This document shows positions 11,594-23,200 of a DNA stretch of 64,000 bases, piece by piece; positions within the stretch are counted from its first letter, which is position 1, and every line of letters starts with the position of its first letter. Source of the DNA: Lama glama (taxonomy: Eukaryota). The position numbers were made by a program, and so were the translations under genes. Location: NCBI GenBank assembly GCA_028534125.1, contig CM052816.1, positions 10,976,001-11,040,000 of the forward strand. The letters run 5' to 3'. The notes under the pieces are model-generated. The model worked only from the letters and a program-made list of their open reading frames with translations. It was not told where the DNA came from and ran no database searches.

Positions 11594-12837
11594 CCCCAGT
11601 CCCCATTTTTTATTTTTACGGGCACACAGCTCCCACTCAGCTGTACACACAGTGTGGCTGCTTTCCCCCTACAAGGGCAGAGTGGGGCAGTTACACTGAG
11701 GCTGTGTGGTCCACGAGGTGTAAGTATTTACCACCTGGCTCCTGACCGGAATTTGTCAGCACAGACTCAGTCCTCTCTCTGTCCTAGGACTATCTCTGTT
11801 CGGCTTTGTTCAAGGATTCTTAATGCTGATTGGAGATCTTCAACAAGCGGAGGTAGCCCTGTAAACAAAAGTCTCAGATCCGAGCCACTTCCAATACGCC
11901 CAGACTGTGGCAGGAGAGGAACACAAGTTCAGAAACAGTCTACAGCCTCGTTCCCGAGCTCAGGGCACATGCCTCACCCTTGCTCCGTGCTTCCTGCCTC
12001 CAGTGCCAGGAGCCCGCTGGGCTTCCCTGCCGCCGTAGCACTGAGCAGGTACCCTGATGAGGCCCAGCGCTGTTTGGGAAAATGAACATGGAAGTAATTA
12101 ATTTGCAGAGTTAGAAATACTTACACTGTCCAAATAACTCAGAGCTTTTCAAATACCCCAAACATCTAATGCAACATGGAATGAATCTGACCTCCTTTCT
12201 TCATGCAGTCCTAAGCCCACAGCTGAGCCTCTGAGCTCAGCATCCAGCAGAACCCTGGGGGGGCAGGGAGGAGAGGAGCCTGGGCTGCAGGACGGCGGAC
12301 ACTGAACCCCTGCTCTCCACCCAAAGTCAAACAGTGGTTTTTCACAACGTCCCTCTGCCTTCACACAATTCCACCTCCCTCTGGGCCTCACTGCAGTTCA
12401 TTCTCACAGCTCCCGTCTAGGACTGAGACTCCACGTAAGGTGAGGCCGATGAGGCGGGGCAAGGGGGAGGCAGATTACCAGAGACGGCAAGAGGCTGTGC
12501 CCCAGATCTCGAGGCTCGTGGCCACCCTGCTCTCTTTCCTATGTGATGTCACCCTGCACTTCATGCTCCGCTGAAGTGAAGAGAAGGGCCATAGCGACAC
12601 AGTGAGATGAGTTTAGACAAGAAATGAGACTTTATGGATAAAGCACATGGCTACTCACTATTTCTACCTAGAATAATTACCAGTCCCTACCGGCAAGTCC
12701 AGGAACTGGAAACTGAACCCTATATACTACTCTGAGCCTTAACCATCTGCCTATTTGCCATCTTCACCTGAGTTGCTGAATGTAGCTAGAGAAAGAAACC
12801 CAAATATGCTGACCAGTTTCATTTAAAATTCACATCC

Positions 12838-13177
12838 TTTTGTCTCATTTCTAGAAAAAAAATGTGACTAATGAACTTATTTACAAAACCGATTCACAAA
12901 CAGAGAACAAACTTATGGTTACCAAAAAGGAAAGCAGAGGGAAGGCGGGATAAATTAGGAGTTTGGGATTAGCAGATACAAACTACTTTATGTAATAGAG
13001 GTAACAAGGTCCTACTGTACAGCACAGGGAACTGTATTCAATATTTTATAATAACCTATAATAAAAAAGAACATAGGTGTGTATATATGTACTTATGACT
13101 GAATCACACTGCTGTACACCAGAGACTAACATAAAACAACTATACTTCAACTTAAAAAAATTTTTAATAAAAAATAC
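12838..13177 (+). mobile_element. 5'-truncated LINE-1 with TSD
   Basis: L1 3' UTR (gaacttatttacaaaac...ggagtttgggattagcagatac...cacagggaactgtattc) with an A-rich tail. TSD aattcacatcc at 12827-12837 and 13178-13188. Confidence 0.85.
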
Positions 13178-13199
13178 AATTCACATCCAACAATGTCAA

Positions 13200-14055
13200 G
13201 CAGCCGTTGGTGCCTTCCAAAAATCCTGCACTGTTCCCCAGCCATTCCCCCGACTCCTCACTCTCAGCTGATTACCTTGCTTCCTATTTCAAGGAAACAG
13301 ACAGGGGAGACCCGCAAACCCCAGGGCCGTGCCAGCCACACCCGCGTCTATGGGACAAGCGCCCCCCGCGGAGACATGTCCAAGTTATCAAGCCCCAAGA
13401 GGAACATGCAAACTCCATCCTCCCACTTGCTCAAGAGAGACCCAGGAGCCATCTTTGACTCCCGTTTCCTCTCCACGCTTCACAGTTGCTCCACCCACAA
13501 GCCCTCTCGGCTCTCCTTTCAAATATGTCAAGAATATGACCACCTCCCCCCGCCTGCTGTCTCCCTGGTTACGACTGCCCTCCCTGCCTGCGGCCCTGCA
13601 CTCGCACCCTCTGTCACAGCATAGCAGGCTCAGCGATCTCAGGACGTTACACAGAATGAGGGACCAGTGTGAACTGGTCAGCACACGCTGAGGCCCCCGC
13701 ACCCCACTCCTGCAGCGGCTCCTCCCCACTACCCCCAGGACACGTGCCATTCCCTGTGCTGGGAAAGCCTCCCCCCAAGGCCACTGAGGGGCCTTCATTT
13801 CCTTCAGGCTTCTGCTCCAATGCTCCTTTATCAGGTGAACCCTTGACTACCCCCTCTGGTATAAACTATACCCCCAGGTCTCCCAATCCTTTTTTCCATG
13901 TTTTTTTTTCCCTCTGATTTTATCGCCATCTGAAATATCTCACTTATTTACTTGGTTATACAGTCTCCTCCCCCACACCCCAAGGAAAGGAGCACCCCAA
14001 GGGTTTTCTGCTCACTGCTCTATCTCAAGTACACAGCATGGTCGAATAAAAGTGC
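13200..14055 (+). mobile_element. LINE-2 fragment
   Basis: Pyrimidine-rich L2 text (ggagccatctttgactcc...ctcctttcaaatatgtcaagaat...gttttctgctcactgctctatctc). Confidence 0.6.
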
Positions 14056-14367
14056 ACGAATGGTGTCCTCTAGCGCCTGTACGCAGGTCAGCTTAGAGAA
14101 TAGGCATCTCCCACTTAATGGACCCTACTCTATGCCACCATCTACGTCAACAAGCCTGTTTAATCCACACTAGCCAGGTGTGCAGCTCACTACCCCATCT
14201 TTCTGTACCACGACTGGAAGGGGCCATCCATGCCTGGGTTCAGACCCAGGGCCATCTGATTCAAGGCACACTGGCACTGAGATAAGTAACAGTTCACATC
14301 CAAAAAGAAGCTACTCACAGGGAAACCACTTTTAACAACTGATCTCCTTTGTTTCCATCCCCACCAG

Positions 14368-14459
14368 GTGCACGACTACCTCCGCAGCAAGCTGTGCTCG
14401 CTCTACGAAAATGACTGCATTTTTGATAAATTTGAGTGTGTGTGGAATGGGTCAGACAG
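14368..14459 (+). CDS. PPP2R2B: PPP2R2B penultimate coding exon
   Basis: Acceptor ctcctttgtttccatccccaccag; donor AG|gtaaga at 14460. 92 nt encode [30 protein letters not shown] + AG, in frame with both neighbouring exons. Not listed in this frame in the ORF track. Confidence 0.97.
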
Positions 14460-15469
14460 GTAAGAAAGGTCTGTGTGGCTGGGAACCTTCCAAAGGTGCA
14501 CCCTCTCCTTGCTGGCCCTGGGCCGTGTACCCTAAGCCGGCTGCAACTAAACAGAAATCAAAATTGGGCCTCCAGGGCCAGCAGGTAGCCTGGCGTGGGC
14601 CGCTGGAGGACCCTTGAGGTCAGTCCTGGAAAGAAGGGAAGGATCTCTGAGACCCTTGACTCCTCTTTCAAGACCAGCACAGGTGACCATTTACCCTCAA
14701 AAAGTCCTACCTTTTACACACAGGACATTCCCAGCACTAGGTCAAAAGGTCGAAGTGAAGCTCCACGGGCCGTTTTCCGGCGTGAAGCGTTCAGATTACT
14801 GCAAAGCGTGCGTTCTAGATGGAGAATTACCCCCTTGAAGCTGGCAGGACAGACCTGCTGGCCAAAGGCCCTGATGGCTCACTAGCTGCATTCTAGCCGG
14901 CCTCACATATCACATGCCCTCCACGTGATGTATCACTGTTTTAAGGATGTTAATTTCAACAGGACTTCATATGACCGCCCCCTAGTTTTGCCTCATGTAA
15001 CACACATAGCTGATTCTTGACTTCCGGGAGAACTAAGCACCGACCACCACGGGATGGTCCTTGACCAAAGCGGCACCAGCGAGAGGGCCTGGAAGCCCGG
15101 AAATGCCACCATGACGACGCACTCGGAGACCAGCGCTTTTACTGAGCACAAGCCGGCCCTCTCTGACCCTTGTTGCACTGTCTCTGCTAATGATCCAAAA
15201 TGAGCTTCACAGGCCTGGAAGGGGTCACCGTGTCATACCGCCCAGCGGGGGAGAGGGCACAGGGCAGACAGCAAAGCCACTGTGCCATGTGAACAAAGGC
15301 CCCAGAGGAGAGAAGAAGCTACCCCGGCCCTACTACTTCATTTATTTTTACTTATATGTAATGTATTCATTCATTCATGATTTATAATTAATAGGTTTTC
15401 TTTATATTTGTGATTCTTACTGTTCCAGTTTCCCATCTATCTTAACTAAGATTCAAAAACTACTTACTA

Positions 15470-15660
15470 GGCACTCCACACACATCACATGTTTTTCAAT
15501 CCTGACCACAATCTGAGAAGGTTGGTTTCATCAACCCCATTTTACAGTTGAGGAAACTGAGACTCAGCCCAGTCAAGTAACCTGCCCAAGCTCAGAAACT
15601 AGTAAGTAGTAGCAACTAGAAGAAGTTTGAGTCTGAATCCCAAAATCACCATTCTTTCCA
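15470..15660 (-). mobile_element. MIR SINE
   Basis: Antisense core ccccattttacagttgaggaaactgagactcag...aacctgcccaag. Confidence 0.75.
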
Positions 15661-16567
15661 CAACATTACAATTTCTTTCCATAACCAATAACCAAGAAAA
15701 TGTTATTCTTGGTCTAGATGAAGTTGAGATTTTTTTTTTCCCCCAAAAAAGACTCCCTTAGTTTTTAAAAACAACTCGGGTCGTGTTGAGGGAAACAAAG
15801 TTCAGTGCGTGGGACGCAGTGAGGCCAAGTGGCTGAATATTTGTGCCCTGGACTCTGGCAGATGTGGGCTGGAGACCCGTTTTAACCACTTGCTAGCCGT
15901 GTGACACTGGACAAGTCACTCACTTTCCCCTTCTATGGGATGATAGAAGAGGAAATGAGATCCGGGGTAAAATTTTTGTTTACTCTCTTCCCGAGTGAGA
16001 CCATGACGGCCTCTATTTTTTTCAGCTAACTTTTCAGAGAAAGCCAAATTTCAAGCTAGTTCTTAGCAGGGGGAGAACACAGGCAGGCGCACGTGCTGTA
16101 CTGTCGACACCCCTCCCGCGGTGCTGATGTGAGAAAACCTTAGCACAGAATCCTGCTGTGAATATGCACGATACACTGATGGCTGTCTTCAGTGTTCCTA
16201 CTCTCGTAACTTCCCTCCAGCCTCAGAATCCTGAGGTGAGGCGGGTGGGCTGAGATCCTTAAAACCATCTGACTTATTTATGGAGCCAAAGAATCAAAAA
16301 GGAATCTACTGATAAATAACCAGGGTTATCACTGTCCTTCATTTCCAAACCAAACAGCTTGCTGCTCTTAGTGACTCCAGAGACACTCAACAGTCACACT
16401 GCAACGCCTGCTGCAGTTTTTGATTTGTTTGTTTTCAACAGAACGTACAGTGCCCTAAGCTGGCCACAGCATGCTGCGATTTGCTATACAAAGTCACGAC
16501 AGAGATGTGCTCCTGCCTCTGTCTACAGCACGCACGCACTCACTCCCTGTTTCCTCTCTGCCTGCAG

Positions 16568-16847
16568 TGTCATCATGACGGGCTCCTACAACAACTTCTT
16601 CAGGATGTTTGACCGAAACACCAAGCGTGACGTTACTCTCGAGGCCTCGAGGGAAAACAGCAAACCCCGGGCTATCCTGAAGCCGCGCAAAGTGTGCGTG
16701 GGAGGCAAGCGGAGAAAAGACGAGATCAGTGTCGACAGTCTGGACTTTAGCAAAAAGATCTTGCACACAGCCTGGCATCCTTCAGAAAACATTATAGCAG
16801 TGGCGGCTACAAATAATCTATATATATTCCAGGACAAGGTTAACTAG
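16568..16847 (+). CDS. PPP2R2B: PPP2R2B last coding exon
   Basis: Acceptor ttcctctctgcctgcag ends at 16567; the split codon AG+T gives Ser. Then [92 protein letters not shown], stop TAG at 16845-16847. Confidence 0.97.
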
Positions 16848-17295
16848 GAGGACAAGTTATTACTTAATCATCTCACATACTGAATACTAGTCAAATACGT
16901 TTTTAAATGTTTCTTTGGGTGTTCATTTGATGCATCGACTTTAATTTCCCTAAGCAGGAAGCAATTGGAATAGAATTCAGTGGAGTCCAACTTTCCCAGA
17001 TCCCCGGTACTGAAACACTTCTGCCAAACCTGATAGGTTCTGGGACACTTCTGTTTAGATTTGACAGCTGCCAGCTAACAGTAATTCTTCCATAGTTGAC
17101 TTGAATTTCTGATGCTTTTATTGCCCCGTTTTCCTCTGGTGGGTCCAGTGTTTTGTTTCTAGATGTCTGCTGAGATAAAATGAGGTTGTCTGTAGTATTT
17201 AAAGAGAAAAGAGGTAAGTTTTTTTTTAATTAAGCAATTCCGTTTGATTGAAAAAAATTCAACAAAAAATAAACACTGTTTACTCTATCTACTCT
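16848..17295 (+). other. PPP2R2B: PPP2R2B proximal 3' UTR
   Basis: Repeat-free AT-rich sequence from the stop codon to just past AATAAA at 17268. The 3' end is inferred from the usual distance between signal and cleavage site. Confidence 0.75.
17268..17273 (+). terminator. Polyadenylation signal AATAAA
   Basis: First canonical hexamer after the stop codon. U-rich stretch upstream (~17218-17227) and U/GU-rich element downstream (ttcttgttttgtg, ~17304-17316). Confidence 0.8.
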
Positions 17296-20200
17296 TAGAG
17301 AAATTCTTGTTTTGTGAAAAGTCAGAACCACTCAGCATCTCCTGCCCCTACAGTCTTTTTTTTCCTTCCTGTTTTCCATTTTCTTTCGAACAATTTTCTT
17401 TGAGCCAGAGATTGATTCACAAGGCTGTAACGAGGATGCCGTGTGGGAAGGGACAGGCCACACCAACCCAGCCATTTTTTTTTTTCTAAGTGCCATAGAA
17501 ACAGCCTGAGAATCTGGCTAAGAAACACCATGAATGCTTCAGGGGATGTAAAGAAAACACTTTCTGCACAGGGCTTCTCAGAGTCGGCTTGGCAAGGCCA
17601 TGTGAGGCCAGATTCCATCAGCTCTTGCTTTTTATCATTTTAAATGGCTCCTCTTACACGTTCCTTGGCTTTTTCCCGTCAACCTTTTCCAGCCTGTTTA
17701 TTCCAGTGACTGCTGAAGGCCGAGCCCTGGTTGTTTATCACCTGGCATTCTAAACGCAGCAGCAAAGTGGGAGGCCGAGGCAGCACCCCTGACTCCCCAG
17801 GAACGGCAGGTCTGCTCTTTCTGGGTGTGCCTCCGAAGCAGTGCCCCCCCCCAGCCCCGCAACCGCTTCTTGGGCTTCGTAACCAAAAGTAACAATCCAT
17901 CTGTCTCCACTGTGGCAAGAACGAAAATGGCCAGTTAAAAAAATGCTGCTTTGTACCGTCTCACCAAATGCTCCTAACTCCCCCTGAGCTCACCCTCTGC
18001 GGGCTCTCCTCCTACAGAAACAGAGTCCAGGGGTCCCAGGCACCGACGCTGAAGTGACGGCTGCTTCCACCTGTAGGGGCCGGGCCATCCTTCCCCCGAG
18101 ATAAGGGTTCGGACATGTAACCCCCAGGAGGTTCTCTGCAGCACACCTCTGGGAAGGAGACTAAATGAACTCGGAGGACGTAGAAATGTGAAGCAGAGGC
18201 TCAGGGAGGAGGTACTCAAAGCCGGGCCTGGGCCCTATGTCTCCATTTCTGTCCTGGTGACTCATTTTCTCTGACTTCCATTTGTGAATAGGAAATGGCT
18301 TGAGATGAGAGCTTTCCTTTTCAAGAGAGATTTTCTTTGGCGTTGTATATTTATTATAAGTCCCAACTTTCAAGTGTAGTTTGTTTTGGAAGAGAAGAAA
18401 CATAGTGTAAGAACCATATTTCAATCCTAAGCAACTATACATTTCATAAAAGCTCTTGGGCAAGGAAATAACTATCCACTTAAGTGAGCACAATTTTGTA
18501 AGATGTGGCTCAATGAAAAAGCACATCTCAAAATTGAAGGCTCACCTGGGTTAAGATATGCCTTTCTTCTCCATGTTCATCTTCCCTGCAATGGAAGCCC
18601 CGGTGAAAACTCTTCGGGCAGGATTCCTGGCCTGTGGGGAACCATGTTCTTGGAGGAGACCTGAGAGCATCAGAAGCTTCTCCAACTCAGAGAATGGGGA
18701 GCTCGGGATAGGCAGAAGAACCAGTGGGTTACTGTCCTGAGTTTCCTATCACCTTCCTCACAGCCTCATCTCTTCTTTGAGATTCCACTCCTGTGACTGT
18801 ACCAGGTGACCATTGGGACACATCACTGTTGCCTGAACTTAAGCATCAACCCACCTCTGTACTGCTACTAATTTCACATTTAACTCACCTTTCTTAAAAG
18901 CAAGACTGAGCATCCTCCAAAGAAAGAATATTCTTGAAATGTCACTTTCAATGTTTTGTTGTAACATTAAGATAATCACATAGCCATTAACGTAACAAAC
19001 ATGCACTCATGCCCCACCTACAGTCATTTTGTGGTGCCCAGGGCGCATGCTTACCAAACTTCGGGACACCGAGTCACTGATCCCACAGAACATTTTAGCC
19101 TTTGGAGGCACTGGAGACTCTCCATGGACAATGGTTCTGCACACACTGGAGTCCAGGGTGTTCCCAGGGCACAGACGTAAACGGTTTCGGGCATGGCTTT
19201 CAAGGGCTCACAGGCCCCTACAGCCTATTCCACGGCCTCCATTTCAAGGCCCTTACACAAATCCAACAGCCTCAGCACGTAGATGTGCAGTCTGAGATCC
19301 AGACAGTGGGAAGAATTTGCAAAAGCTTTTGGCGCTAAGAGCAGAGGGCTGCCATCCTCCCCTTCACCCCAAAGGATGCCTGAGAGCAAAACATCCAAAC
19401 CTCTTCAACGGAAACACCAGACACCAACCCCTCCCACACGCTTCAACCGTGCCCTGCTCTGCGCCAGACATGTAAGCAGGTGTTTACAGCTGCGCTCTCC
19501 TTCGGCCCCAGGGCTGGTGATTTTCTCAGCGGGTGGCACCTAGAAGCCAGTCCCTTCTCCAGCTGACACTCAAAGCTACTTGAAAGCTGACTTGCCACCT
19601 TGTCAACACTTGGCTGGGCTCTCAGAACCCTGCTCTACCGTAACTTTATCCCGCAAGGCCTGCAGCATGGTCGGAGCCATCAGGTTACACTGAAGGATGT
19701 CAGCCAACTTCTGCAGACAGGACTCGCAGCTTCTCGAGCTGTGGTGAAGCTCATCCCAAGGCAAGAGTCCGTTCCTGACATTTCAACAAGCGGTTTGAAA
19801 GCTGGACTCCGGCAGGCAGCCATGCTTCCTCATCCAGAGGAGGAAGATGAGTTGGAAACAGAAGGAAGACACCAGGCAGCACGAAGCACTGGGAGGTACA
19901 GAGCTGAATGGGCAGTAGGAGCCAAATGGCTTCATAATTCCTTAGTGTCTGGCTCCTGCCTTTACTCTTCTATTGGTGGAAACAAGTCTCTAAACCTCTC
20001 ACTGGCCTTGTAATTAGCTCAACCATATCAACATGCATTAGGCAACCAGCACGTGGAAGGCGGAACAACTGTCGGGTGGCACAAAGATGCAGCTGAAGTT
20101 CTTTCAGCTCACTGACCCGATGATATCCAGTGCATTTCCTTTCCACACTCCAGGGCCAGTTATAATAAAATTTAGACCCTCAAATGCTCAATCGCTGACA

Positions 20201-23200
20201 ACATGGGACCATTTCTCTTTCTTCAAACCTGCAGAGTAACTACCTAAAGCTTCCTTCCTACCTGCCCCCCACCCTGGGCCCCATTCTTTTTTCAGCCCCT
20301 CTGCTGCCTGCCTGCAGGGCTCAAGCAGGCCTTAGGAGGCCCACCACCAATGCTTTGGGGGTACACTAGAATCCACAGTCTGAATGAAAGAACCCTTCCC
20401 AATTTGTCCCCTTCCATTAGGGCTATGTATAGATAAGGCTGGCGTGTTTTAAAAAATACCCCCCAAGACACAGCAGTTCCCTCGAGGCACCCCTGAGACA
20501 CATCCACACTGCAGCCTGACTCTGTGCCTCTGCCACACCTTAACCACTCCTTCTCTCTGGACTTCTAAGTCAAGTCTCGGTTTCCCTGGGGATGACTTGC
20601 CCAGTCAATGGAAACACAGACCCAGGAGACTGGAAATCCCGGTCCTACTCCTGGCTCTGCTGCTAAGTAACAGGGGAACTTCGGCCCGCCACTCGGCGCC
20701 TGCTCAGCTATGTTGCCGAGAAAATGGCGAGAGAGCCATCTGTCCTCACTCAGGGGTGATCAGGAGAGACACAAGACATTCATTTACTTACAACCAATGT
20801 GGTAAGTCTAAAGGACCGCAGACAACAGCAGCAACCATCACTGAGGACGTGTGAGCGATCAGCGTCTTCCCTTGACCCCATGAGATCAATGCCAGTGTTA
20901 TTCCCACTTTGCAAATGAACAAATCGACTCAAGTTTTCAACATAGCCAAAGGCAGACAGCCAGTAAATGATGCAGCCAGGACTCCAACTCATGGAATCAG
21001 ACACTACAGCCAGAGTTCTTAAAATACTGGTTCTAATATATGACAGTACCTCACATTTCCTGAGTGCTTACTGTGGGCAAGGTTTTGTGCTACAAATCTC
21101 ACATGCATTCAATTCATTTACCATTCTCCCCCCCAAAACAAAAACTCTAGAGGCACATGCTGTTACGGTTCCGACTTTACACATAAGGAAACACAGGATA
21201 TAACTTGACTAACTTTATATAGCTCAGAAGGGACAGAGCCAGACATTCTGGTCAAAGTTCTTACCCTCTCTCTCCATCTCCTATTATAGATACAGATGGA
21301 AGTCACCCACTAGAAAACAAACAGGTTCCAGTGATGACCCGTAAGCTCATCGACATTAAACACCTACTGAGTGCCTGGTACGCGCCGGGCAGCCAGGCCC
21401 CAGGCAGGGCGTAGAGTGCCCGAGGTGTGTGAGCCCCCGGCCCCCGCCCCCTAGGAGATGGCAGCCGTACAGGAGCAGCGTGGATGCTGTAAACAAGCAT
21501 TCACAGTACAACGAGGTGTGTACCAAATGCAGAACTAGTACAGAGAAGGAAGCGGCTCATGAATGAGGACTGCTAAGAAAAAGGTTTTCAGGATAAGTGA
21601 CATCTAAGGGTTTTATTGCAGTTCACACAACAAACAAAGCATGATATGCATTCACGTAGAGAAGAACATGAATGACGCACTGCAGGAAGGATGGAGATGG
21701 CAGAAGAGCAAGAAGCCTGTGTTTCAAATACGTTTCCCACTTGCCAGAACCAGCCTACCCCTGCTTTCTTTCATTCATCCAATACTAAATATTTATTAAG
21801 CCCCATATCCAAGTACTGAATTTAAATGTGTAACAGATAGAAGGAAGAAAAGGAAACCAATAGTTAAGGACACATTTTGCAGCAGACATTGGGCTAGGCA
21901 CTTTTTTATATCCTTACCATCGCCTGGTGGCTAAATACATTATTCCATTGTTACAGGTGATCAAAGACTCAAAGGGTTAAGTGACACAGTCACCGAGACA
22001 CAGCCAGAGGTTTCATCTACATCTGCCCTGATCTAGAGCTGGCACCTCTTTCAAGGTAATGCACAGCTACCTTGTCCTCTTTTTTCCTTCTTCATGAGTG
22101 AGAACACTCACAGACCATCTCTCTGCGGCCAAATATTGCCTGACAGCTGACCAGGAAAATAAATTTGGTCTGTCACCAAAGCAGAGAGTAAAGTCAAGTG
22201 GCTCACAGAGGTCTCCAACCGCTGACTCTGACCTTATTATTACTGTTTAACTTCCACGCCCCATTGGTTAAACTGCTGGTGGCAGAACCAAGGTGATATG
22301 CTGTCTCTGCTGATTCCTGCCTCGGATGCTGTCAAAACAATGATTCCTGCAGGGCCAGGAACAGGGGTATAGTGACTGCCAAGACTCCCAGTCCACCCCC
22401 TACCCCCAGTTCCCTGAAAAGTCCCCCTGTGTCTCTTGGATGGAAGGCTCCCAGCAGAGCCCCTCCTGTCCACCCATCTCAGAACTCCCAGTTGCAACCC
22501 CAGTCACTTGGTTTGCTGCACTGGGTCTGAATGAGTGTGGACAGAGCCTTTCTCCTGAACTCATCCGTGTGCAGACACCTAGAGACCACAGAGAAGTGGG
22601 ATCAGCCCCGAGCACTGTGATTCTTGCTCTGGCTGGCTAGTGCTACAGTCCCTCCCAGCCAGAGCACTAAATTTTTGTGGAGATCAAAGAGAACCCCAGG
22701 GAGGCTGGAGTAGAACTGAGGGAAGGAGGCTGTCTCACTGGCCAAAGGAAAGCAGTATTTTGGCATTCTATTCTATTCTCTCAGCTAGCCATTATCCATT
22801 CATTCATTCACTCATTTATTCATTCACTCAACACACACTGAACAACTGACCATGCACTACCTGCCAAGCCCTGTGCCAGGGGGGTCTGGGGAAGCCGTGG
22901 TGACAGTCCCTGTCTTCACTGGGCTTCCAGGGTCATGGGAGATACTGGCAAATTCCCAGGCAATGCTAACAGAGTATCTTGGTTAAGAGCCCTGATGCTT
23001 GCCTGGATTGAAGGCTAAGCTCCACTACTTGTAAGGTGAAGGACCCTTGACAGATTAACCTGTGTCTCAGTTTCCTTACTGATGAAATAAGGGTAAAAAT
23101 GATACCTATCTCCTAAAATTTCTGTGCAGATTCCTGACAATAAGCAGTCCATGAAGGTTCCTTGCTCCTGTTTTCCTAGTGCTCAGAAACAGCGTGATGT

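Noticed and set aside
16101..16128. RE1-like site (ggtgctga) in the last intron
   Set aside because: Only one half site; the other half does not match at canonical spacing.
16359..16567. N-terminal 70 aa of the 162-aa ORF as an alternative PPP2R2B start
   Set aside because: It is intron sequence in frame by chance. It begins at a non-ATG codon, and B55 similarity starts exactly at the acceptor at 16568.
16494..16837. Two antisense ORFs over the last exon
   Set aside because: Shadow ORFs of the coding strand, with no independent similarity.
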